Part shown: positions 1 to 13,420 of the stretch, one piece after another
Position numbering within the stretch: position 1 is the first letter of the stretch
Layout: each line of letters starts with the position of its first letter
DNA from: Anthoceros angustus
Taxonomy: Eukaryota; Plantae; Anthocerotophyta
NCBI GenBank assembly: GCA_010909165.1
Contig: VJWM01000234.1
Coordinates: forward strand, 62,001 to 126,000
Direction of reading: 5' to 3'
Length of the DNA: 64,000 nucleotides
The notes under the pieces: generated by a model
What the model saw: only the letters and a program-made list of their open reading frames with translations
What the model was told of the DNA's origin: nothing
The model's database searches: none
Position numbers and translations under genes: made by a program

Positions 1-3000
1 CGGTTGCTATGAGTTTGACACCACTCAGAACCTCCGAGTCTTTCCTGGTCTACCCTCAAGGGTTCTCTGGGCATTTGCCACACACCCAAAGCAAAGCAAT
101 TTCACAGCAACCATTCACAAGGGAGCAACTCGTTTAGGCACTTGCAGAGCAAGTCCTCCACCAAGCACTCCGACCACGCGACTTCCTCTCTACCGAATGA
201 CTGCGTTGGCTCACGGTGACCGAAATTCCTCTGTAATGGCAAAGGACTCGATGGGGTGGGCGCAAGACATGATACTTTACTTTGTGAAATCCTCCTCCTC
301 TTATAGGAGGCCTTCCCATACAACCTCCCTTAGGTGACCCTCTGCAGTCACCTTTTCCAATTTCTATTATTTCCTACATGACATTTAATGTGGCACCTAA
401 ATCTATTATTATCCTTGGTAAATTCTATTCTAGTAACTTCACCTAAGACCATCCTTGAAGGATGTCGATCTACTATCCTTCCTATTCCCAAAGCTCATTT
501 ATGGTCATTGACCATTCTTAGTCTTATCTTTGGGGTGGTGACATCCCTTGATTGGCTCCCTCGCCCTCCTTTTGCTCTTGCCCTTCCCGGATCTTGTCAC
601 CTTCCTGTGTGCAAGTACAATCCCCTTCCTCCATCTCCGGCGGCCTAAAGTCTGTTCCAGCAATCGCCCCTCCACCCGCCTTTTCTCCAGCCTCCGCCCG
701 GTCGCGCGTTCATCGCACCCTACGCGGTAGTCAGCGGACTACGGGGTAGTGACTACCATGGTAGTCGGTCCCTATCTCCTTCTTTCTCCGCATCGGTGAG
801 GACTTGGTCAGATCTTCCATTGCTCTTCCTTCTTTGGTTTGTCCATACCTATGAGCATGTCATCTTCTTCCCCATTGTCGTGATCTAACTCTCGGGCCTT
901 CTTTGCGTTGGTCTCCTCTCCCTGGCTCCTCCCTTATCGTGGCGGGGAACTTCTCACCCTCCCCTTCCTCGGTCGGTCTTTGTCTCCTCCGGTGGGGTTG
1001 TCTCCCCACCACCTCAGCCTCCTCAGGGGGTATACTGGACCCCGGCTCCTTCATCCTTGGGCCTTGGCCCGACTCTGAGGCCTCGCGGGCTGCCTACCCC
1101 GTAGTGCGGACTCAGGCGTGTTGTCTACCACGTCTGGCGGACTACCGTGGTAGGTGGTCACCGTGGTAGGTTGACCCCCGGGGAGGTGGGTCCCCTCCTT
1201 GCTCTCGCCACCTTCTACCGGCGCTCTCCCTCCGACTCCTCCTCAGTTCCTCGGAGTCCATTTGTGATGGCCTCATCAAAATCGGAGGCCTCTGCTGCAC
1301 TGTTCTGCTCCTTGTCATCATCATGAGGACCCAATGTCCTCCTCTTGGCCAACCGTAAGACTTCATTGTTGGCCTTCAAAATCTATTGTGGAGGTGAGCC
1401 CCAAGTTGTGATTGCATTTGGAGATCATCAATCTCCGTGGGCCACTCTCCATCTTCACACCTACCTTTGTAGGCGTCCCTTGAGGTCAATTCCCCCACCT
1501 TGACATGGAGGTCACATTCTCCTCCCACTTCCTTTATGGTGGCCAATTTTGCACAGGGCATAGCCAAAATCGCCTCACCACCCACGTGCACCACCTTCTT
1601 GTGGCTCCTCCTCTTGGAACCTCCTTTGTTCCTCGCCATTGCTTGGCAAGTCCTTCTCCTCACTTGCAACCCTCCGCTCCCTTTCTGCGTCTTGTGCCTT
1701 CTAGCTCCGCGCTTCTCTTCAAATACGGGTCCCTCAACTCCTCTCATGTCCCGGATTTTGATGGCTTGGGTAGCCATCACTGTCTTGGCGTCCAATTCTT
1801 TGGACGCTATCTTCTCCTTCCTAGCCTCTGTTTTGCCCTTTCGTTCTTGCTCTAATTGGGCAAAATGCTCCTCCGCCTTCTCCATGAATCCGTTGGGTGG
1901 TTGCCGAATGGCTCTTTCTTGACTGCGACAACCTTCCCTCTAGGACCTTTTCATGGCGCTTCTATGAGGTCGTTGGAGCTTCTGACCTTTTCCAGCTTGG
2001 CTGCCTCGGACTCCATGGCCTCCAATTGCCACTTGGTCCTGCCTTTCCTCCCGGCCATGTCTTGGGCTTCACTTCCTCTTGGCATGCCCACAAGGAGGCT
2101 GCTAGTCCCTAGCCCCTTCAAATCCACCGGTGAGTGCTTCACAAGCTCGGCAATTCTCCTAGGGGTCCTAATTCCACCCCTCTGTCTTCTTGGAAATTTC
2201 CAGCTCTCACACTTGCCCCGGGCCATCAGTGGCTCCTTTGCTCCATCCGCTCTCCCACCCAGCGGAGATGGTGGCCTCGGCGCCCGCGGCGCCTCTCTTC
2301 TCCTTCCCCACCGTGGTCTGCTGGCGGCGTGGGGTGCACCTACCAGCGGTGGTGCTCCCCCTGGTAGTCGCCTACCTACCATGGTGGCGGCGCCTACGAT
2401 GCCCCCCTTGGGTGGCGCCTCCCTACGGTGAGTGGGGTGCCTCTCGTAGGCACAAAGGAGATGGTGGGGACTCCCCACCCTTGGCTATCACCCCTCCAGT
2501 AGTCCTTCTCTCATAGACTACCATTCGGCCTTCCTCGGCGGTTCTGCTCCTCTCCCTTGCTTGCTCACTGTGGGGAAAGATTCCCACTCGGCAACCTTGT
2601 TGCCTCCGCATCTTCTCCTCTTGCTTCTAGCATGCTTGTGGAGTCGACCTCCCACCGTCTTCCAATGCAAAGGCAAAGGCCTTTCCAAACTCTGGAGATG
2701 GATGACCTCAAAGGGATGCCATGCATCTTCAAGCTCCTTGCTTGTGAGAAGTCCCCTCGGTTTCCCATAAATGCACCAAATAGGTGCTGAGGTAACCTTG
2801 GCCTTCCTCATCCACGAATTTGAGGAGCTTCTCTCGGTGGTGGATATGGCTTCATACATGATGGTTCCCCAATCGGCTTGGCTCCCATGGAAATCTTCCA
2901 CAAAATTGGAGGAAGTTGGTCTTTGAAATAAAGTGCGTTGGTAATTACCAACCCAAACAATCTTTAAGAGCCTCCACTTGACTCCTTGATGCTCTCGGTC

Positions 3001-4373
3001 TTCCGGCCATTCTTGGCGTGGGCCTTCACTCTCCTCCATCCATCATGTCGAACTCTGCGGATATCGGAGGGGCTCTTCCCTCCATTCGACCTTTCGAGAG
3101 AGCAATTCGAGCTCTCCTCCTCTCTCGGCCATCCATCCCACGGTTCGGTGAGGATCCGTTCGAGCATTCCTTCCGTGCGCGGCTTCCGATTGATGGAGGT
3201 TGATGTAACACTCCTCAATCAATTCCAAATTGGTGTAGGCCCATTGGCGGCCATACACCCACCCTAGTGGATGTTCTCCTCCTCGCCTTGCACAAATCAC
3301 TAAATCCACGGGGTTGAGCTGCGCAAAGCAAGTGAATTGAGGCATCTCGCCTCCTCTGGCGTAGCCCTGCTGCTCTTTTCCTTCTCGCGAGGAGCCTTTG
3401 CTGGCTCCTTCCCCTTTTTCCTCCTCGAGGCATGGCGTCTTCCTTTCAAGTGTTTTAAAGGAAGGTACTTATGCCAAACAATTGCTCCCAAACTTCTCTT
3501 CCAAACACTTCTCCCTTGGGGTAGCAACCACTCACTGCGGCCACACGTTAGCCACTGGCCCAAGTCTTTCAGCAATTCCTCCCGTTGTCCTTCTTCCGGT
3601 GAGCGCGCCGATTGTTATAGCGCTCTTCCGCCTTCAATTCTGACCACGTACCACAGTGTTGCTTCCTTTCGCTCACTTTCCTCTCCGTGGTGGCGTGCGG
3701 GCTCTCACTTTTCGCGGCACTCCGTTTTCCTTCCACGGTCGCTCCGCCTCGCGGTTGGGTTGTCTCCTTTCGATGAAGCGCGGCCACGCCTCCCAGCTTG
3801 ATGGCGGCCTCTCTTCTCGCGATGGCGTCTTCCTTCCTTCGTTCCAACTCCAGCTCTTGTTCTTGCGAAGTGGAAGCGGCGCCCAAAGCGCACTTTGCCC
3901 TCCTTAGATGTACGCCACGGCGGCGCCTAGATTGGGTTCATCATTCCAAAATCCTAATTCTATCTAAACTACCTATTTTCCTATCTGCTATCCCTAATTA
4001 ATTCTAATTACTATATATTTATTCCCTATTGGTGAGCATATATAGTGGATATCCCCCTCTATTCTAAATTCCCTTTTGGCGAGATTGTCGAACCATGTGG
4101 TCGCGACAGCGATGATGCCGCCTCGGCCTACCGTGGTGTGGCGACCTACGGGCGGTAGTGCTGACCTACCAACCTTTGATTTGCCCTCGCCTCAAATGCG
4201 GGGGTTTCGACCCGTTCTTCTTCCAGGATATCCTCTTAGCCTTCCTAACAAAATTCTACACTAACTTCAAGATTCTCGAGAAATTTTCTGGCGCTCTCTT
4301 CAATCGTTCTAGCCAAAAAAATGACTTGTCGTCTTTTGGCCTTTTGGGTTGGTTGCCCAAACTTTGCGTTCAC
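1..4373 (-). mobile_element. Giant LTR of Athila-like Ty3/gypsy family (runs off window start)
   Basis: The reverse complement at ~4373 (gtgaacgcaaagtttgggc) matches the LTR terminus at 10233, 14925, 28961 and 31668. 1-1050 aligns with 49334-50470, and 1-440 with 25959-26390. A TATA-like cctataag lies on minus at ~300. Confidence 0.8.
1376..3886 (-). pseudogene. LTR-internal accessory ORF type A (globular domain + coiled coil), frameshifted as sequenced
   Basis: Consecutive minus ORFs 3043..3345 (LGWVYGRQWAYTNLELIEEC), 2518..3039 (FHGSQADWGTIMYEAI), 1951..2478 and 1376..1885 (coiled coil). The same peptides recur at 11076-12860 on plus. Confidence 0.7.
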
Positions 4374-4434
4374 CTACCCGGGTGGTGGATGCCTCTTCCC
4401 TAGCACCCACGAATGGAGGACTCCTCACGCTGTG

Positions 4435-7400
4435 ATGAGCAACATGAGTGGAGTTGGTGGGAGGAGGCCGCCATCCACGGTCGCCAATACGTCAAATTCG
4501 GCGAGAAGAAGAAGGGAGATGGCGGGCGTTTGTAAGAACTTTCGAGCACGTCTCCGCAATTTGGAGGATGGAGTCGCGATCATTGCGCATCTTTAGAGGC
4601 ACATGATGGTATGGGCGCACCTATAATTCGTGGCCCCAGTTGGGAAGCTCTTAAGCGCAGATCGGTTCGAGGCTCGACTTACCACACTTTGGCGGTGAGG
4701 ACCCTTAGTAGGGCGAGTCTTTGTTCGATTATGTGGAGGTTTACGGATATCTAGATCGAGTTCGAAATGTGCGAGGGGCGGAGACCACCCACCTCTGGGT
4801 ACTCACAAGAGCAAGCGTTGGATTGGTTTGTGAGTGGCTTGTCTCGAAAATGGAGGTACACTGCGGTGATGGGCGAAGGCGTTGGCGAGGAGCCCTCCGC
4901 TTGGTGAATGGGAGTCCGAGTTGGGGAGGAGGAAGAAGAGGCGAAGTCATAAGAAGAGGAAAGGATCGAGGAGATCTGGCTCCTCGTCTTCCTCGCCTCC
5001 TCCTCGTCGCCCTCGTCCTCATCGAGTGAGGACAGTGAACTCGAGCTCCACATCGGATGAAGAATCGGGAGAAGGCCTCTGACGGCAGATGAAGAAGGAC
5101 TGGAGAAGGTCAAAAGGCGACAAGAGGCGGGCAGCCTTGGAGAAGGAGAGAAAGGGAAAAGCGGTCCGTCGGATGGAGAAGGGAGAAAGCGTCTGCAGCG
5201 GGAGGGATTCTTTGGACAAGTGAGGCTTTGACCAAGAGGTTGACCGAGTTAGAGGTCAAGCGGTGAAGAATCAAGCTCCACGAAGATCTCCTTCACCGAG
5301 TTGGTGTATTGCTCAATCATCATCAAGCGGGACACTGTAGGAATGTATTCGCGCACCACGACATCTTGTAAATCATGTGGAAACCGTCATGCGGAGATTA
5401 TTGGTATGTGGGGAAGCCTACCGGTGCAAGCGGTCCGGTCGGCCACCTCAATCAATGAGGCGACTTACCAACCGACTACGCGATTCCCTCAAGGTATGGA
5501 TCGCGTCCGACATCGCGGGACAATGGAGACGGATCCATCACGGCCGATGGCAATTCCACGGGGATGTTGTTATAATTGCGGGCCCAGTCACTACTCAAGC
5601 GAATGCGGAACCACGGAAGCAAGTGGGTTATGTACCCTTTTGCGGTATGTGAATTGGGACATAAAATGGGGATCCGGTGTGCGGGGTGGCGAGTGACACG
5701 ACACGAGTCAGTTCACGACTGCGGCGGAAGAGCGCAACAATCCGACCGCGATTAGAACGCCGGTGCGAAGGTGGGCGGAGTGATTTCCTCGGCGATTCGA
5801 TGTGACATCGGTGTGGAGGAAGGTGAAGGAGATGAGCGCGGATGAAGGTTGATGGTGGCGGTGACCACGGTCGGACCGTCGAGAGAAGGGTACGGAAGAG
5901 CGTGAGCACGAGGAAAGGCGGAGGAAGGTGAGGCGACTCACCTTGGCCTCCGGGAGGCCGCGCGCGCGAGAGGAGCAGACCCACCCAACCAAGCGGTGGC
6001 GACTACCTGGTCGGCACCTCTGAGGAGCAGACTACCCGGTGGCGAAAGCGAAGGAGGGCGAAGGAGGAGGCAGTGCGTTTCCCGACATTAGCCGAAGTGG
6101 CGGCGATCTTTGGAGGATGAGCTAAGCAGGCTCACCCGTCACGGGAAGGTGGAGGTCGCGGGCCGGGGTGAGATCCGCGGTATAGGATCCCAACCGATAG
6201 GAGGATCATGGAATCGGAACTTTACCAATAAGGTCGGAATCGACCGGTACAAGCGGGGAAACCTTGTCGGATAAGATCTCGGTTTGCGCATTACTTGAAT
6301 TTGTGGTCACTTGAGACGATTGCTTGCGGTGAGTCGAGATCCAAAATTGTGAAGGAGGCGATCGAATCCACAAGCGTGGGAGTGAGAAAGCGGCGGTGGT
6401 GTAAATGTGGTCGAACTCGTTGATTTGGGGGCACCCGAGATTGAGGTCGAGATTGCAGGGTGTTTGGTGCCCAATGTGCCATTGGATTCGGGATCGGGAG
6501 TCAACTTGATGACGGAGGAAACAGCTCATCAACTTGGGTTCACTGAGTTTCACCCGGCCCGGGTATTTTTACGGATGGCCGACCAGACAAGGAGGAAGCC
6601 ATTGGGGGTGCTGAAGAATGTACCCACTATGATTGGGGGTCTCACCTTCCATCTTACCTACATTGTGATGCGGCCGGTTTCGGATTTAGGCTATAAGGTT
6701 TTGATAGGTAGGCCTTGGTTGTATGGTCTTGCGTGTGTTTTGATTTTTGGTGGCATCACCTTCAAGTCCGATGAACGGACTGCGGCGATCGCTTTTGTGT
6801 CATGGAGCAAGGCTCCTATGAAGTCGCAATCCTCGGTCGGGTACACCTCGGGTAGCAGTAAGCTCTCGGGCGGTGACCAAGCATCGGTCTTCGGTCAGGT
6901 CGCGAAATAAAGAGTGATTTGGTGTATACTGTTTACATATAGAAGCCGTAGAAGAGTCGAGGATGAGGCACATAGGAAGGTGTAGCCTTTTGGAAGGTAG
7001 GGCCTATGATCGAGATTTTCGGAAGATCGGAACCGGTATAGTAGCGATCCGGAGGAACATGTAGATCCGATCGGTAGAAGACCTAGAGTTAGAACCTAGC
7101 AAGGTAGTCAAGATTTCTAAGTACCTAGGCGGATAGAAGAAGAGTTTCGTAGGGTGCTTAGGAATATGTCGATGTGTTTGCCTTCAAGATTCTTGACATG
7201 GCGGGGATCTGGAAGAGCGGGATACATCGAATCGACTTGAAGGAGGCGGCCTCCGGTGAGGATCAAACAATGTGAATCCCAAGTATTCCATGGTTGTTAA
7301 GGATCATTCGACCAATATTTGGAGGGTGGTTTCCGGTGCTCACAGTGAGTGGTCGCTCGTGATTGTACCAAAAAGCGGCGAGGAAAGGTTCGGGTATGCA

Positions 7401-10220
7401 AGATTTTGAAGCTCAATGAAGCAACGAAGAAGGATCATCACCCTTTACCTTTCATGGCGATGTCTTTGACACGATGGCCGGACATGAGATGTCTGATTTC
7501 TTGGGCGGATGGGTACAATCAAATTTATTGCGGAAGGAGGATCGGGACAAGACAACATTCACGGATTGGGGAACTTCCATTGAAGCTCCCTTTTGGGTTG
7601 TGCAATGCCCGCCACTTTCCGGCGAGTGGTGAGCGATATTCGAGATTTTCGAGAAAGTTCATGGAGGTATTCTCTGGATGATTTTGCGTGTTTGGGAGGA
7701 GACGCATTTAGACCATTTGAGGCAATGTTTCAAGTGCGAGTCGAACATGAAACTTCATCCGAAGTGTTATTTTGGTATGACGGAGGCATTTTGTTGGCAC
7801 ATCGAGTTTTGTATTGCGGTAGATAAGGAGAAGGTAGCGATTATAGATGGGCGCAAGCGGTGAGCAGTGCGAGCTTTGTAGGACTGTGGGTATTAGGAGG
7901 TTCATCAAGGATTTCGCCAAGAAGGCAGCCTTGTTGACACAATTGACCAAAAAGGATACGCCCTTTGAATGGACGAGCAGGCAGGAGGCTTTTTGAAGGA
8001 CAGTTTGGTGGCGCAGCATTACACCGGATTGGGAGAAGCCGTTTCATGTATACGTGGATGTGTCCGCTTATGCCATTGGGACCGTCTTAAGTCAGAAGGA
8101 CGAGAAGAAACGGGATCATCCGATTTTCTATGCGGTGACGACTCACGGATCTTTGAAAGAACTACTCAACCACGGAGGCGGGAGGGTCTTGGTATCATTT
8201 ACTCTGTAAAGTTTAGACACTATACGCTTGCTTGCAAGGTGGCGTTTCATGTTGACCATTTTGCGTTGAAGTATCTTGTCAACAAGCGGTTGTCGGGAAG
8301 GATTGCCGGATGGGTACCTGCTGCAAGAGTTTGACTACTGACGTAGAAACTAGGCGAGCAACATCGAATCATTTCATTTCTCGTCTGGCGGAGGCGACTT
8401 GAAGCCACGGATGGATTTCTGACGAGGAGTTGGTTGCCATGCCCGGGTCGAAGGGGAGGACGTGAGCATGTTAGAAACCTAAGAATTGATCAGCAAGTCT
8501 TGTTGCTGAGAGGGCCAAATGAGCAAGAAGGGCGTTGTGCGGGAAAAGCTGGGACAATGAAATCCGAGAGGATAGGGCGCGCCATGGGCGCGAGGAGGCT
8601 GAAATGCTCCTCAAGGGTGAGCAGTCGGGGGCTGCAAGTGGAGGCCACGTTGGCAAAGGAAGAAGCAAAAGCGGACATGAGCACCGTTTTTGGCGGGAGA
8701 AGAACCACATGGCGTGAGCCGGGCGCCATGGGGCGCGAGGAGAAGGGCCCTAGGGGGTGGACACGCAGAGGCGAAGGAGATGCTCAAGAAAGTTTGAGAA
8801 GTGCGGAAGAGTTGGCGGTCATGGGCAATCACTCATCGACCATGGAGGTGCAACAAAGAGGTCGCCATGGGGCACGAGCTGGACCTAGGAGGCTAGACCA
8901 GCGAGAATGGACGAAATCAGTCCGTTAATGAAGGAGCATGCAACGGTGAGGCTGCGGCGGGGCGGGGGAAATGGGTTGTGGATAGATCAACTCCGCCATC
9001 GGGGCTACTAGCGACTAGGCGGAGGCGGCGTACACGGAAGGAGATTAGAGCGTGAGGCGTTCATGCCCAAGATATTTGTTGACGGTGAAATGCAAATTCT
9101 GGAGCATGGAATCATGCGGATGGTTTGTCGAGGAAGGCGGGCTGTTTTCTCCATAAAGCCGCACCCTATTGCCTAAAGGCATCACCAAAGCTTGGGCGGA
9201 CGAAGATCCGGTGTCTCGAGGAGGCTGCACTCGTCAGGCGACATGCGAGAGGCGGTGGACACTATTCGATGGTGACCGTTAAGAAGATTTTGAATGCGAG
9301 GTTACGGTGGGCTACGATGCAAAAGGATGTGTGGGAGTTCACTCGGAGGTGTGATGCGTGTCGGAGGGTTGGGCGGCCTCGTTGTCGACACAATGGCCTC
9401 TTACCTACATCTTACCGTTAGCACCGTTCGAAGTGGGGAATCGATTTCGTGGGACCAATCAAACCACCAGCAATGGACGAGGAAGCGGTACATTTTGGTG
9501 GCTACGGATTATTGCGAAGATGGTGGAGGTGAAGCGAGGAAGGACAGCCTGCGTGGCAAGTTTATTCGAGAACATCATAACAGTATGGTGTCCTTTAGAG
9601 TTGGTTGGTGGGGGACACATTTCCTCAACTCATCGTTGAGTCCCTAACCACCTATTTCAACATTCGGCATCGACCCTACAACCCCAAAGCGAATGGATTG
9701 TGGAGAAGACAAATGGGTTCTTGTGCACAATCCTCACCAAGGTAATGTAACATGTATGATTGGGATGCTAAGTTGCATTCGGCCTTGTGGGCTTACAGGA
9801 CCGGAGAAGGTAACCAAAGACCCTTATTATCTAACGTATGGCATGTCACCTGTGATGCCGTGGAATTTAACCTACCTACGGATCATGGAGGATGAAGCAT
9901 GGTGAAGATAGCCGAGCTAGACTAGAATCGTTCATAGGCGGGAGGAACGTAGGGAGGATGCTTTAGAGACTCGGATTCGAACTCGAAAGATCGGCATGAT
10001 GGGAGGTTGAGGAAGCAGAGACTATCGTGACGATTTGGTTCTTCTATATGATAGTCGGTACCTAGACTTTCCGAAGCTTAGATTGAGATGGATGGGACCT
10101 TACGAGGTAGTCACGATATCGAGAATGGATCATGCAACTCAAGGTCTGGGCGTGTGCGGCCAGTGTGGGTGGAAGGTCAAAGTACCTGCCGGTACTGTTG
10201 TTTGCGAGGGCAAGCGGTGA
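4435..10220 (+). mobile_element. Ty3/gypsy gag-pol internal region (gag, PR, RT, RNase H, integrase), 5'-truncated, many frameshifts
   Basis: Gag CCHC (CYNCGPSHYSSEC ~5565); protease LDSGSGVNLM (6407..6910); RT KLNEATKKDHHPLPFM and PFGLCNA (7349..7681); RNase H HVDHFALKYLVNK (~8250); integrase GGHY..TVKKIL..W.TM.KDV..F.R.CD.C (9125..9421), RYILVATDY and VLLYDSR..KLRLRWMGPY (10035). Order is PR-RT-RH-INT. Confidence 0.9.
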
Positions 10221-10230
10221 GAGGTGGGAG
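10219..10230 (+). promoter_or_regulatory. Polypurine tract of gypsy element
   Basis: gagaggtgggag lies right after integrase and 2 nt before TGTGGAGCATAAAGTTTGGGC (LTR start). Confidence 0.75.
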
Positions 10231-10232
10231 TA

Positions 10233-12815
10233 TGTGGAGCATAAAGTTTGGGCAACCAGCCAAAAGAGCCAAACAAGTTTGATTTTTTGGCTAAGCGATT
10301 GAAAAGGAGCATGCCAAGAAAACTTGAGAATCTTGAAAGCTGGAGTTGTAAAATATTGTTAGGAAGGAAAAGGATATCGGGGAAGAAGAAGCGGTCGACC
10401 CCAGACAGCGGGAGGCGGTCCAAAGGTGGTGGGTGGCGGACTACGCCGTAGGCTGCCACACCGTAGAGAAAAGCGGAGACCATGGTGGTGGGACTACGCG
10501 TGGTGGAACCTCGGCAAAGAAATTAATATGAGGATATCCACTATATGCTTCAATAGGAGTAGATAAATAGGATTAATTAGAAGGTGATTAATTTGGGGGC
10601 GGATAAGGCGAAAATAGGTAATTTAGGAAGGCTTAGGTAATTTAGAATGTTGAACCGGATCTAGGGTTGGGAACTCTCCGGTGGCACATCCAAGGGCAAA
10701 GTGCGTTTGGGCGGTAACTCTCTCTTGAGGAGGCATCCTCCGAGGCGGGGTGGAGGCGTAAGGCGGAGGAGAAAAGGAAGGTTGCTATCACCAACGCCAT
10801 CGCCATCGCTACTGAAGGAGGAAGGAGAGCGGTGAAGGAAAGGAGAGGCGCCCGGTGAAGGAGGAGAACCCTAGCCACAAGTTGGCCGAGGAGGAAGGAG
10901 AAGGCGAACAAGCGCCACGAGGAGGAAGTCTCCTGCGCATTGGAAGGAGGCGTCAAGGCAAGGGCGCAAGGTTGAAATTGTGGTTGAAGGGAGGACCTCG
11001 ACCACCCATCTGGCACCTACGGAGAGGAATCGAGGAAAATTGGCAGCGGTGGGGCGTCATCAAGCCTAACGTGAATTGTGCCTCGGGGGGTTTGTGACTC
11101 GGAGAAGGCGTTTGGAGCAAGCCTCGAGATTGCCAATTGGAGTAATTCCTTCCTTTAGCATTTGGAGAGAAAGGCACCATGCCTCGAGCTGGAAAAGGCA
11201 AGGGAAGGAGCCGCCAAGGGCTCCTCCTCGCGAGGAGAAAAGGAAGAAGGCGGAGGCGCCGCCGAGAGGTGAACTTGTGATGCCCCAATTCACTTGCTTT
11301 TGGGCAGCAACCCTCGATTTGGTTGATTTGGTGGGCGAAGGATAACATCCAATTGGGATGGGTGTATGGCCGCCAATGGGCCTACACCAATTTGGAATTG
11401 ATTGAGTGTTTCATCAATCTCCATCAATCGAGCGATGCCGCATTCTGGGAAAATGCTCGAGCGGATCCTCTGGACCGTAAGCATTCGGCAGGTCTATGGG
11501 AGGCCAGGAGGAAGAGGCTCGGGTGCTCTCCTCGAGAGGATGGAGGAAGAGGCTCTCGATTCCAGCTCCTCGACATGATGGACGGAGGTGAAGGCCCATG
11601 CCAAAAATGGGTGGAAGGCAAGCATCAAGGAGCTGAAGTGGGCTCTTCGCAAAGATTGTCTTGGGGTTGGTAAATTACCAAGGACGTCCTATTTCAGCAC
11701 CAACTTCCTCCAATTTTGTGGAAGATTTCCATGAGGAGCCAAGCAGTTGGGGCACCATCATGTATGAGGCCTACATCCACCAGGAAAAGCTCCTCAAGCC
11801 AAATTCGGTGGATGAGGAAGGGCCGAGCCTACCTCGGCACCTATTTGGTGCATTTGTGGGAAAAGGAAGGGCTTCTCACAAGCAAGGAGTTGGAAGATGC
11901 TTGGCATCCTTGAGATAATCCATCTCCGGCCAAGCTTGGAAAGGCCTTGCCTTTTGCATTAGGAAGGTGGGAGGTGGACCTCCACCAACAGGGGCAAGAG
12001 CGGAGAAGTGGAGGTTGCTGGGGTGGGAATCTTTTCCCCCAGGAGCAAGCGAGAAGGAGGCGGCCAAAGAGGGCCAAGTAGTGGTTTATGAGGAGGAACT
12101 ATGGCTCCAAGGGTGGGGAGTCCCACCATCTCATGTGCCTAGGAAGAGGCACCTACCCGGGGGGTGGTGACCGTGGTGGTGATACCACAGTAGGTAGGCG
12201 GACTACAGTGTGAGGCAGCCTACCCGGTGGAGCACCCCGCCCGGTGGCGGGCGACCTCGGCGGGGAAGGGAAGGAGAAGCGTGCGGCGCGCGGGCGCCAG
12301 GCCGCCGCGCATTGGGAGGAAGCGGATGGAGCGGCGGTGAGGGACCCGCGCCGTGATGGTCCGAAGTGCGGAGAGCTGGAAATTTCCGGCAAGAAGGTAG
12401 GGAATTAGGACCCCTAGGAGACTTTGAGTGCTTGTGAAGCACTCAACCGTGTGGTTGAAGGGGCTAGAACTAGCAGCCTCCTTGTGGGCGTGCCAGAGAT
12501 GAAAGCCCAAGACATGGCGGGAGGCGGGGACTAAATGGCAATTGGAGGCCATGGAGTCCGATGAGAAGCGACCAAGCGGAAAGGCTGAGAAGCTCCAAGC
12601 GACCTCATGGATGGTGGCGAGCAAAGTCCAGAGGAAGGTGTCGCGGTGAGAGAGAGCCTAGCGACCACCCAAGGATTCATGGAGCAGGCGGAGGAGCACT
12701 TTGCCCAATTAGAGCAGAGCGAAGGGCAAAAGCAGGCTCGGAGGAAGATAGCGGTCCAGCAATTGGGCGAGCGGTGATGGCTACCCAAGCCATCAAGATC
12801 CGGGACATGGAAGAG
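10233..12815 (+). mobile_element. 3' giant LTR (truncated) containing accessory ORF type A
   Basis: Starts TGTGGA..AAAGTTTGGGC like the TSD-flanked solo LTRs. It is a diverged inverted homolog of 1735-4373 (MPQFTCF, GWVYGRQWAYTNLELIE, VMATQAIKIRDM). Confidence 0.8.
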
Positions 12816-12826
12816 GAATTGCGAAG

Positions 12827-13420
12827 GATCGGTTCAATTAATCTAATGACCTATCTTTAAATATGTAATTATTGTTAATTAATCTAAGATGCTTATGTTA
12901 ATTAAGCATTGATTAGTATTAATTAATCTAATGTGATTATTCAATTAACCATGATTAGTGTTAATCAAACATGGTTAGCAATAGCTAAGTGGATAAGCTC
13001 AAGTAATATGTCTTGCATATTATAGTGTATTCTTAGGATATAATAGCTAAGTGGATAAGCTCAAGTAATATGCTTTGGCATATTTGCATATTATAGTGTA
13101 TTTTAGGATATTTACGGCTTGCGATGCCAATAGGATATCTTAGGAATATGCCGATGCGAGGGCTAGTATATATAGACCCTTCCATTGAAGACAATCGGAT
13201 CATCGTCCTCTGATGCTCAATCTGGTGTTGTGAAGGCCAAAGCTATGACTCGAGAGCGATGTGAGGAATTTGCGTGTTGTTCTCTTGGGAGAGTGTGTTT
13301 GTGCTACGATCGTGAGCTATTCCCTCCTGTTGGTTTGCACCTATATATCTGCGTATTAGATTTGTTTGCTTGTTGTTGGTGAGGAAGTGCTTATATGAAT
13401 TCAAGTGCACCGTGCGCAAC
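12827..13420 (+). mobile_element. LTR family C copy (lacks first ~45 bp)
   Basis: Inverted homolog of 30200-30725. TATA (tatatataga) at ~13167, ends ..caaca, internal duplication of atagctaagtggataagctcaagtaatatg. Confidence 0.7.

Noticed and set aside
1735-12815. DIRS-like or TIR element with inverted termini
   Set aside because: DDE integrase and PPT are present, no tyrosine recombinase is seen, and the arms are diverged LTR copies.
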